Assembly (NCBI GenBank): GCA_030372985.1
Contig: JAUCQB010000201.1
Span: forward strand, 1-24,000
DNA length: 24,000 bases
Direction: 5' to 3'
Source: Phycisphaerae bacterium
GTDB lineage: Bacteria > Planctomycetota > Phycisphaerae > UBA1845 > PWPN01
The translations under genes were made by a program, and so were the position numbers. Shown piece after piece: positions 15,860 through 23,543 of this stretch. Below the pieces are notes generated by a model. It was not told the DNA's origin. It was given only the letters and a program-made list of their open reading frames with translations, and searched no databases. Position 1 is the stretch's first letter, and every line of letters starts with the position of its first letter.

Positions 15860-16840
15860 TCACCCTTTCACCTTCAGAAGGATCTTGATGTAACGAGGGT
15901 CGGACGCCAGTTCAAAGGCCTCAACGCCGCGGGCAAGCGGCAGTTGACGGGACACCATCGACTCGACGTCTATATCACGGCGGGCCAGCGCGCCAATGGC
16001 ATCCGGAAAAGGCCCGCAGCGGCTGCCGAGCACGGTGATCTCGTTGACCGCCACCGGGGCCAGGTTGATGCGTGTGCCGGCGGCGCAGGTGCTCTTGAGC
16101 ACAAGCGTGCCCCGCGGGCGAACCAGCCTCATGGCCGTCTCAAAGCCGTCCGGATTGCCGCTGCAGTCCACGACCACGTCGCGATCGGCTCTCGGCACAA
16201 GATCCGACAGCGAGATCGTCTGAATCCCCTTCTTCTCGCAGAAGTCCAATGTGTGCTCGTTTCGCCCGACGACCTCCAACCGGCAGCCAGTCGTGCGGAG
16301 CACCTGGGCAACCAGCAGGGCCAGTCGTCCGGAGCCGATCACGGCCACGCGTGTCCGCTTCTCGATCGGGCACTGCTTAACCACCTGATAGGCGGCGGCC
16401 AGTGGCTCGATGAAGACGGCCTGCTCGTCGCTGATCGCCCCGGGGACTTCGTGCAGATTTCGCTCGGGCACGGCGATGAACTGGGCGAAACAGCCGTCGC
16501 GGCCCGAAATGCCGATCACGCTTCGCTTGCGACAGTGGTTGGCCAGCCCCTGCTGGCACATGTCGCACTTGCCGCAGACGCAGTTGATCTCCGCCGTGAC
16601 CCTCCTCCCCCGCCACCGCCGCGAGCCCCTCACTACCGTCCCCACGAACTCGTGCCCGAGCACCCCCTCATAACTCATGTAGCCCTTGGTGATCTCGATG
16701 TCTGTGGCACAGATGCCCGCAAGGTGGACCTCGATCAGGGCCTCATCCTCCCTGGGCGATGGGTCCGGGTATTTGGCGTCGAGTCGAAGCGTCTGGTTGA
16801 AGACAAGCGCATTCACCTGGGTGGCCTTCTCCGTCGGCAT
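15860..16840 (-). CDS. Zinc-dependent alcohol/threonine-type dehydrogenase (MDR family)
   Basis: Contains GICATD and GHEFVG, a structural-zinc Cys cluster CVCGKCDMCQQGLANHC, and the Rossmann motif VIGSGRLALLVAQV. It lies 28 nt upstream of pgeF on the same strand. Confidence 0.88.
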   Translation of the reverse strand: MPTEKATQVNALVFNQTLRLDAKYPDPSPREDEALIEVHLAGICATDIEITKGYMSYEGVLGHEFVGTVVRGSRRWRGRRVTAEINCVCGKCDMCQQGLANHCRKRSVIGISGRDGCFAQFIAVPERNLHEVPGAISDEQAVFIEPLAAAYQVVKQCPIEKRTRVAVIGSGRLALLVAQVLRTTGCRLEVVGRNEHTLDFCEKKGIQTISLSDLVPRADRDVVVDCSGNPDGFETAMRLVRPRGTLVLKSTCAAGTRINLAPVAVNEITVLGSRCGPFPDAIGALARRDIDVESMVSRQLPLARGVEAFELASDPRYIKILLKVKG

Positions 16841-16964
16841 TCAAATCTGCTTTGCCCAGATCAGTATCGAGCATCATTGCAGGACCGTCAATCCACAACC
16901 CCTTGGACACTTGCCGGGCTCCCGTTCCCGCCCGCTGGCCTGTCGTCATTCTCGGCGTTATAGT

Positions 16965-16983
16965 CACGGTTTTCGTAACCGTG
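16965..16983 (+). promoter_or_regulatory. Hairpin in the trpA 5' leader (7-bp stem CACGGTT/AACCGTG, 5-nt loop)
   Basis: cacggttTTCGTaaccgtg at 16965-16983. Extra copies of ACCGTG follow at 16991-16996, and ACCGTTTTCG at 16997-17006. Confidence 0.3.
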
Positions 16984-17037
16984 CCGTGGGACCGTGACCG
17001 TTTTCGCTCGCCGCACGGCCTTGGCGACATCGCAGGC

Positions 17038-17853
17038 ATGAGTATGACAAACAGGATCGATCGGGCGTTTGCAGATCTGTCGGCCAAAGGCAGGAAAGGC
17101 CTTCTGCCGTTCGTAACCGCGGGCCTGCCCGATCTCGATACAACACAGCGGATCCTTGAATCTCTGGCCGACCTCGGCGTCACAGCCGTCGAGCTCGGCT
17201 TCCCCTACTCCGATCCCATCGCCGACGGGCCAATCATCCAGGAGTCTTTCACCAGGGTGCTCGAATGCGGAATCCGTGTCCGCGACATCCTCGCGATGGT
17301 GGCCCGATTTCGGCAGAAATCTCAGTTGCCCCTGCTGGCGATGTTGTCCTACTCCATCGTGCACCGCATCGGTCTTGACACGTTCGTCCGTCAGGCCGCC
17401 CAGGCCGGCATCGACGGGTTGATTCTGCCCGATTTGTCGCTGGAGGAGGCCCCGCAGGCCGCCAGGGTCGTTGCCGACGCCGGTCTATGCCTGCCGATGC
17501 TCATCTCGCCGGTCTCGCCTCGGCAGCGCCGGGAAAAAATCGCCGCCACCTGCAGCGGCTTCGTGTACTACATGTCGGTCGCCGGCATCACCGGCGAGCG
17601 AAAGCAACTCCCCCCGGATCTCGTCGACAACGTCCGCGAGATTCGCCAGGCCTCCGGCCGTCCGGTCGTCGTCGGCTTCGGCATTAGTTCGGCCGAGCAC
17701 GTGCGTCTCGTCTGTTCGGCCGCCGACGGCGCCATCATCGGCAGCGCCCTGGTGCGCAAGATGATGGAGACCATGAACGGCGGCGCCAACAGCGATGCCG
17801 TTGTCAACGCAGCCGCCGATGCCGTTCGCGAATGGATGACAGGCCTGCCCTGA
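17038..17853 (+). CDS. trpA: Tryptophan synthase alpha chain
   Basis: From ATG 17038 (MSMTNRIDRAF...). Motifs ELGFPYSDPIADGPIIQ, YYMSVAGITG and VGFGIS are present. The upstream part of track ORF 16852.. is not TrpA-like. Confidence 0.92.
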   Translation: MSMTNRIDRAFADLSAKGRKGLLPFVTAGLPDLDTTQRILESLADLGVTAVELGFPYSDPIADGPIIQESFTRVLECGIRVRDILAMVARFRQKSQLPLLAMLSYSIVHRIGLDTFVRQAAQAGIDGLILPDLSLEEAPQAARVVADAGLCLPMLISPVSPRQRREKIAATCSGFVYYMSVAGITGERKQLPPDLVDNVREIRQASGRPVVVGFGISSAEHVRLVCSAADGAIIGSALVRKMMETMNGGANSDAVVNAAADAVREWMTGLP

Positions 17854-18029
17854 GATCGCTGCCTCCGTCGGCTCCTTCAATTCCGCTCAGGCCGTTGGTC
17901 GGCTTCCGGGCACAAACGGTTTGCCCAGCCCTCTGCTTGACGGATGACTCCTATTGTGCACCTTCGCGACGTGCGGCCGGCATTCCGACATCTGCAATTC
18001 ACCTGGGCGGCATCGGATGATGTCGGAGC

Positions 18030-19034
18030 CTACTGACGCGGATGGAATTGCCGGTGAATGGCCTTGAGGCGTGAATTGTCGACGTGCGTGTAGATCTGCG
18101 TCGTGCTGATATCGGCGTGACCGAGGAGTTCCTGAACGACGCGAAGATCCGCCCCCCCTGCCAGCAGGTGCGTCGCGAAACAATGCCGCAACGTGTGCGG
18201 GGACAACCTCCCGGCCACGCCCATCTGGCGTGCGTACTTGACCACCAGCCGCCAGCAGTTCGTACGATCCAGCGGCTTGCCGGTCCGTGAAACGAACAAG
18301 CGGTCGCTCGATGTCCCGTCGATCAACTGAGGCCTCAGGATGGTCAGGTATTCCCGCAGCGCCTCGACGGCCCGCGAGCCGATCGGCACGACTCGCTCCC
18401 GACGCCCTTTGCCCATGCATCTGAGGTAGCCGATGTCGAGATGAACACTGCTCAGAACCAGCCCGACCAGTTCGCTCACCCGCAGGCCGGTGGCGTAGAA
18501 CAGCTCCAGGATGGCCCGGTCGCGCAGAGCCAGAGGGTCGTCCGTCTCGTTCGGCAGCCCCAGGAGCTTGTCCACGTCCTGTCTGCTGAGCACGCGCGGG
18601 AGGTGTTGCCACTTCTTGGGGGCCTCGATCAGCGTGGAGACATCGTCTTTGATGAGTCCGTTCTGGTGCAGGTACCTGAGGAACAGCTTCACCGCGACGA
18701 GCCGGCGTGCGATCGACGACTCGGCCAGGTTTGCGGCCTCTCGCAGTGCAACCATGAACGCCTGAATGTGGCGGACGTTGATCGTCCTGATGTCGATGCG
18801 CTGATCGGCGCAGAACCCGGCCAGTGACGTCAGGTCATGGCGATAGGCGGTCAGGGTGTTCTCTGACAGCCCGGCCTCGACGTTGAGATGCCGCAGGAAC
18901 GCCTCAATCTGGTTGCACAACGACGGCGCAGATTCCGCTGCGGCCTCAGGCTGAGGCCCATTGCGCAGGCGCAAGTCGTGTGTCGGACCGGATCTCGGCG
19001 GCTCGGATCCTATGGTAAACGGAACATGAGTCAT
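18030..19034 (-). CDS. xerD: Site-specific tyrosine recombinase, XerD-like
   Basis: Contains LSENTLTAYRHDL, ATGLRVSEL, HTLRHCFATHLL and LGHADISTTQIYTHV, giving the R..HxxR..Y catalytic set. The start is uncertain among GTG 19046, ATG 19034 and TTG 18974. Confidence 0.85.
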   Translation of the reverse strand: MTHVPFTIGSEPPRSGPTHDLRLRNGPQPEAAAESAPSLCNQIEAFLRHLNVEAGLSENTLTAYRHDLTSLAGFCADQRIDIRTINVRHIQAFMVALREAANLAESSIARRLVAVKLFLRYLHQNGLIKDDVSTLIEAPKKWQHLPRVLSRQDVDKLLGLPNETDDPLALRDRAILELFYATGLRVSELVGLVLSSVHLDIGYLRCMGKGRRERVVPIGSRAVEALREYLTILRPQLIDGTSSDRLFVSRTGKPLDRTNCWRLVVKYARQMGVAGRLSPHTLRHCFATHLLAGGADLRVVQELLGHADISTTQIYTHVDNSRLKAIHRQFHPRQ

Positions 19035-19164
19035 GATCGTGGGCACACAGACGGAACGCTTCCCGCAGATTCATGAGGGTCCACAGGCCGGCACAGCGCG
19101 CATCGCGGCCGTCGAGATAGGGACACACAGACTGCGGGGTGTTCACGGATTCATCCTCGCTCAT
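18946..19164 (-). CDS. Small Cys/His-rich hypothetical protein overlapping the annotated xerD 5' end
   Basis: 72-aa ORF with an ATG start: MSEDESVNTPQSVCPYLDGRDARCAGLWTLMNLREAFRLCAHDHDSCSVYHRI... It has four Cys plus His residues and coding-like codon usage in the first ~55 codons. Confidence 0.4.
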   Translation of the reverse strand: MSEDESVNTPQSVCPYLDGRDARCAGLWTLMNLREAFRLCAHDHDSCSVYHRIRAAEIRSDTRLAPAQWASA

Positions 19165-19266
19165 CTACGGGCACGGGCGTCTGGACGCCGCCCGTCGCTG
19201 TAGTTATCGGGCGACCCCCGAATTTTGCTTGAGTGGATCTGGGAAGGCTGAATGTCCCCATGAGAG

Positions 19267-19295
19267 TTGCCATGGGGGCCCTGCAGCCTTACCAT
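19267..19295 (+). promoter_or_regulatory. Sigma70-like promoter (TTGCCA-17 nt-TACCAT) for the GH172 gene
   Basis: -35 at 19267-19272 and -10 at 19290-19295. The -35 overlaps the palindrome CCCCATG-N8-CATGGGG at 19256-19277. Confidence 0.35.
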
Positions 19296-19349
19296 CACGC
19301 CCAAAAATGGGGCGGAAACCGGCTGGTTGTGCCCTGGGAGGTGAGTACC

Positions 19350-21794
19350 GTGACTGGAAATCCTGCACGCGTCATCGTCGCCGCAATCCTGATGTTGCTG
19401 TCCCCGGCCGCTCGGCCCAACACGGCGGCCGCCAGGGAGTTGACCTACGAAGATCTGCTTGCCCACCTGACCGACATCGACCGCCTGCCGGTCATCGAGC
19501 CCGGGGTACGCTGCCTGCAGTTCAGCAGTTATGACCGGGCCAGCCAATATGACGCCGCGACCGACAGCTACAACAACTGGGACGCGAATGGAGATGCGGG
19601 CCATTTTCTTCGGATCGATCCCCAGACCAAGGAGGGTGTCATGGCCGAGATGGACGGCCCCGGCTGCATCTTCCGGATCTGGTCAGCCAACCCGCAAGGT
19701 GTGATTCGCTTCTACCTGGACGGCGACGCCAAGCCGACGTACGAGTGGGATTTCAACAGACTCTGCACCGGTGCCATCGAGCCGTTCATCAAGCCGCTCG
19801 TCTGGAAGCGGGATCCCAACAACGCCAATTCGGCCTCGAACATCTATCTGCCCATTCCCTACGCCAAAGGCTGCAAGGTCACCAGCGTGATCCCCCAGCC
19901 GGATGGCGCCGGCAAGACGCCCGGCCACTACTACATCATCAACTACCGTACATTTCCAAAAGACTGGACCGTGCCGACTTTCAAGCTTCCGCTGACCGAG
20001 TCGCAGCGGGCCGCGGTCGAGGACACGGCCGCGAAGTGGTCGAGGTGCGGCCAGGTGGGACCACATCCTCTCGATCGCTTCGCGACGAAGAAAGAGACGA
20101 TCGCTCCGGGCCAGCGACTTGTGGTCGCGGAGTTGAAGGGGCCGGCCGTCATCCGGCAATTCCGAGCGAAGCTGAGTTCCACAGAAAAATGGGCGACACG
20201 GAAGGTCGGGCTGCGGATCTATTGGGACGACGAGACGGAACCCTCCGTTTGCTGCCCGATCGGCGATTTCTTCGGCGAGCCCAAGGACGTGGAATACAAG
20301 TCGTACCCGATGGGCATCACCGATTCGATGAATTACTGCTTCTTCCCGATGCCCTTCCGGGCAGGCGCCAAGATCGATCTGGTCAACGAGGGAAAGCAGC
20401 CGGCGCCGGTCGAGGTCGCCATTGCCTACCGGCCACAGGAAGTGCCGGATGATTGGGCGCATTTCAAGGCCAAGTTCCGCTCGGAGATCGCCTCGGAGAG
20501 CTTTGACTACCCGCTTATCGAGACCCGCGGAACCGGCAAACTCGTGGGCATCTGTCTGTTCCCCGACAACATCCACGGCGGGTGGTGGGGTGAAGGCGAC
20601 GAGAAGGTCTATGTCGACGGCGAGAAGTTCCCCTCCTGGTTCGGAACAGGGTCCGAGGACTACTTTGGTGACGCCTGGGGAATTCGCCACTTCGCGAATC
20701 CCTCCCACGGGCATCCCCAGAAGAACGTGGAACGAATGCAGGGCTGCTATCGTTGGCATCTCGGGGATAACATCCCCTTCTACAAGTCGCTGCGGATGAC
20801 CATCGAGAACTACACCGGCCTGCCGCATGTGACCAGCCGCAACGACTACAGTTCGGTTGCATACTGGTACGAGTTGCCGGGCGGTAACGATTTCTTTGAG
20901 GAGGTGCCGCTGGCCGATCGCATCCCGCGCGGTTTCGTCGCCACGGGAGCCCTGGAAATTGAACGTTGCCAGGACCCGGCAACGTTGAGCGATGCGCTGC
21001 GCGTCATTGACGACACCGAACTCCCCAAGCCGCTCTCCAGCGGCGGCGGCCTGATGTTCGTCGGTGATGTGGGAGACGAGATCACCTTTCAGGTGCCCGT
21101 CGGGCAGGATGAGCATTATCTGCTTCGTCCGGTCCTGGCCCAGGATGTCCGAAACTCGAAGTTCGAGTTACTGGTGGACGGCAAGCCGGCCGGCCAGCGC
21201 CCCTACCTGCGCAAAGGCATGATGCCCATTACGCTCAAGTTCACCGGTGACCCCGTTGACGGCGATCGTTGCCGCGCGATCATCGACTGCCTGCGCATGG
21301 AGGTCTACCGCAACTTCATCACCCACTGGATGGTCGTCGGGCCTTTCCCCAACCCCGACCACAAGGGGTTTTCGACCGTCTATCCGCCCGAGGAGCAACT
21401 TGACTTCGGCGCCAAATATGCCGGGAAAGACAACCAGGACCTCACGTGGCAACCGGTCAGCAGTCAGGACGGCGTCATGATGCTGCAGGGCAGATTCAGA
21501 CCCTCTGAAGACGTCATCGTTTACGGCGCCTGTATCGTTCGCTCGCCCAAGGCCGGGAAACGCACCCTGCTGGTCGGCAGCGACGACGGCATCAAGATCT
21601 GGCTGAACGGCAGGCTTGTCTGGGAACACCTCGTGCGCCGAGGGATCAAGCCTGATGAGGACCGCATCGGGGTCGATCTCAAACAGGGCGACAACCTGCT
21701 GCTGCTCAAGCTCGACCAGGGCCCCGGCGACATGGGATGGGCCGTGCGGTTCGTTGACCCAGCAGATGAGCTGCAGCTTGCACTGCCGAAGTGA
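19350..21794 (+). CDS. Secreted GH172/DUF2961-family protein with a long C-terminal beta-sandwich extension
   Basis: GGGAGG at 19335-19340 precedes GTG 19350, giving the signal-peptide-like N-terminus TGNPARVIVAAILMLLSPAARPNTAAA. DUF2961 hallmarks are GPGCIFRIWSANPQGVIRFYLDGD and WWGEGDEKVYVDGEKFPSWFGTGSEDYFGDAWG. The C-terminus contains WMVVGPFPNPD...GSDDGIKIWLNGRLV. The track ORF starts at GTG 19233. Confidence 0.8.
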   Translation: MTGNPARVIVAAILMLLSPAARPNTAAARELTYEDLLAHLTDIDRLPVIEPGVRCLQFSSYDRASQYDAATDSYNNWDANGDAGHFLRIDPQTKEGVMAEMDGPGCIFRIWSANPQGVIRFYLDGDAKPTYEWDFNRLCTGAIEPFIKPLVWKRDPNNANSASNIYLPIPYAKGCKVTSVIPQPDGAGKTPGHYYIINYRTFPKDWTVPTFKLPLTESQRAAVEDTAAKWSRCGQVGPHPLDRFATKKETIAPGQRLVVAELKGPAVIRQFRAKLSSTEKWATRKVGLRIYWDDETEPSVCCPIGDFFGEPKDVEYKSYPMGITDSMNYCFFPMPFRAGAKIDLVNEGKQPAPVEVAIAYRPQEVPDDWAHFKAKFRSEIASESFDYPLIETRGTGKLVGICLFPDNIHGGWWGEGDEKVYVDGEKFPSWFGTGSEDYFGDAWGIRHFANPSHGHPQKNVERMQGCYRWHLGDNIPFYKSLRMTIENYTGLPHVTSRNDYSSVAYWYELPGGNDFFEEVPLADRIPRGFVATGALEIERCQDPATLSDALRVIDDTELPKPLSSGGGLMFVGDVGDEITFQVPVGQDEHYLLRPVLAQDVRNSKFELLVDGKPAGQRPYLRKGMMPITLKFTGDPVDGDRCRAIIDCLRMEVYRNFITHWMVVGPFPNPDHKGFSTVYPPEEQLDFGAKYAGKDNQDLTWQPVSSQDGVMMLQGRFRPSEDVIVYGACIVRSPKAGKRTLLVGSDDGIKIWLNGRLVWEHLVRRGIKPDEDRIGVDLKQGDNLLLLKLDQGPGDMGWAVRFVDPADELQLALPK

Positions 21795-21929
21795 TGCCCG
21801 GGGGCTGCCTTCGATTTCGCCAACCTGCACCCGTCACGGCACTTGCTTCGATCGCGACTGATGCGATCCTTGCTCGATACCGGCATTCTTCTGAGGATTG
21901 TCAATCGCGAGCCCTGATGCCCGATTGAC

Positions 21930-21998
21930 GCCCTCGGTCGAGGCACTTACGATGTGTGCCGGCCGTTGGGCAGCCGCGCGGATCGGTCGACCGAGGGC
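21930..21998. repeat. 12-bp perfect inverted repeat with a nested 5-bp stem upstream of hldE
   Basis: GCCCTCGGTCGA at 21930-21941 pairs with TCGACCGAGGGC at 21987-21998. The nested stem is GGCAC...GTGCC at 21942-21960. Confidence 0.6.
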
Positions 21999-22055
21999 CT
22001 GTATTCGTTGTATGTTACGGTAGCGATCCGCCGGCGCTGCGGCGAGGGCCGCGAC

Positions 22056-23543
22056 TTGATTCCCCGTCTGATACAACTGGTCCAATCGTTCGGCCGTCAG
22101 CGGGTTCTGCTGATCGGTGATCTCATTCTCGACCGCTACATTTACGGCGATGCGGAACGGATCAGCCCGGAAGCGCCCGTCGTCGTGCTCCGCAAGGAAC
22201 ACGACGAAGAACGTGTCGGCGGAGCCGGAAGTGTCGCCGCCAATATGCGCGAGTTGGGCTTGGATGTGGTCTGCGTCGGCGCAGTCGGTTTGGATGACGC
22301 CGGCCACCGGATCAGAGCCTTGCTGGAGGCTCAGCGGATCGGAACTCGGGGGCTGGTCGCCCTGGGCGATCGTCCGACGACCACCAAGACGCGTTTTGTC
22401 GGCCTGGCCCAGCACCGCCACCGCCAACAGCTTATCCGGGTGGACGACGAGGTGACCCGGCCGTTCTCCGAGTCAGATTCGGCCCGGGTCATCCAGATGG
22501 CGGTTGCGGCCATCAAGGATGTCGCCGCCGTCTGCCTCGAGGACTACGACAAGGGTCTGCTGAGCGAATCCTTGTGCCAGAAGGTCATCGCCGCCGCGAA
22601 GACTGCCGGAAAGCCCGTGCTTGTCGATCCCGCACGCCTCAGCGACTACAGCAAGTATCGTGGTGCGACCCTCCTGACGCCGAACCGGGCCGAGTTCCAG
22701 CTGGCATCCGGTTGCCGTGATACGTCAGTGGACACCCTTCTGGTCAGCGCCCACGCGGTCATCGAGAAGTATGGTCTGGGCGGACTCCTGGTGACGGTTG
22801 ATCGCGATGGGGCGATTCTGGCGGAGAGGGGCAAGAAAGCCGTTTGCATTCCGACGCGACCCCGGGCGGTTTACGACAATACCGGCGCGGGCGACGCCGT
22901 GCTGGCGATGCTCGCGGCGGCAGTTGTCGCGGGGGCAACATGGGAGGAGGCCGCCCGGTTGACCAACGTCGCCGGCGGTCTGGAGGTCGAGAAATTCGGC
23001 TGTGTGCCGATCACGCGGGAGGAAGTCATTGCCGATCTCCGTCTTTCATCCCGGGCCGGTACCGGCAAAATTCGCACCGCCGATGAACTCACCTCGGAGC
23101 TGTCGCTTCGGCGAAGCCGTGGTGAAACGGTCGTGTTCACCAACGGCTGCTACGACCTTCTGCACGCCGGACACGTCCGGTTCCTGGAGCAGTGCAAGGC
23201 TCTGGGCAACATTGTGGTAGTCGGCCTCAATTCCGACGCCTCCGTCCGCGCTCAGAACAAGGCCAAGGACCGTCCGATCGTTCCGCAGGAATACCGGGCA
23301 GAGGTGATCGCGGCGTTGCAGACCGTCGACTACGTCGTCCTGTTTGATGAGCCGACGCCGCTGTCGTTGATCGAGAAGATCCGCCCCGAGGTGCTCGTCA
23401 AAGGTGAAGATTGGAAGGACAGGGGCGTGGTCGGTCGTGAGTTCGTTGAATCCCGCGGCGGCAAGGTCGTTCTCCTGCCGCTGGTTGAGGATCTCAGCAC
23501 GACGAACCTGATCGAGCGGATTCGCGCGGGAGCCAGGCGATGA
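22056..23543 (+). CDS. hldE: Bifunctional D-beta-D-heptose 7-phosphate kinase / D-beta-D-heptose 1-phosphate adenylyltransferase
   Basis: The kinase half has RVLLIGDLILDRYIYGDAERISPEAPVVVL and DNTGAGDAVLA. The adenylyltransferase half has VVFTNGCYDLLHAGHVRFLEQ. TTG 22056 gives a family-typical N-terminal length; GTG 21954 and TTG 22008 are alternatives. Confidence 0.9.
   Translation: MIPRLIQLVQSFGRQRVLLIGDLILDRYIYGDAERISPEAPVVVLRKEHDEERVGGAGSVAANMRELGLDVVCVGAVGLDDAGHRIRALLEAQRIGTRGLVALGDRPTTTKTRFVGLAQHRHRQQLIRVDDEVTRPFSESDSARVIQMAVAAIKDVAAVCLEDYDKGLLSESLCQKVIAAAKTAGKPVLVDPARLSDYSKYRGATLLTPNRAEFQLASGCRDTSVDTLLVSAHAVIEKYGLGGLLVTVDRDGAILAERGKKAVCIPTRPRAVYDNTGAGDAVLAMLAAAVVAGATWEEAARLTNVAGGLEVEKFGCVPITREEVIADLRLSSRAGTGKIRTADELTSELSLRRSRGETVVFTNGCYDLLHAGHVRFLEQCKALGNIVVVGLNSDASVRAQNKAKDRPIVPQEYRAEVIAALQTVDYVVLFDEPTPLSLIEKIRPEVLVKGEDWKDRGVVGREFVESRGGKVVLLPLVEDLSTTNLIERIRAGARR

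Noticed and set aside
15944-16963. 339-aa plus-strand ORF
   Set aside because: It is antisense to the Zn-ADH gene, which has unambiguous MDR motifs.
17887-18612. 241-aa minus-strand ORF in an alternative frame of xerD
   Set aside because: It overlaps xerD in another frame. The translation is Arg/Gly/Pro-rich with no motifs.
18030-19046. Tyrosine recombinase as a marker of an integrated mobile element or integron
   Set aside because: The sequence is XerD-like (LSENTL..AY..DL N-terminal domain). The flanks are trpA and a glycosidase, with no phage or plasmid genes, attC-like repeats or tRNA target. This is most simply the chromosomal dimer-resolution recombinase.
21792-21923. 9-nt direct repeat TGATGCCCG at 21792-21800 and 21915-21923
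   Set aside because: It is too short to distinguish from chance, and no associated structure or mobile-element features are present.
19683-22427. Minus-strand ORFs 19683..21116, 21168..21830 and 21834..22427
   Set aside because: They are antisense to the GH172 and hldE genes. They are long only because stop codons are rare in GC-rich antisense frames.
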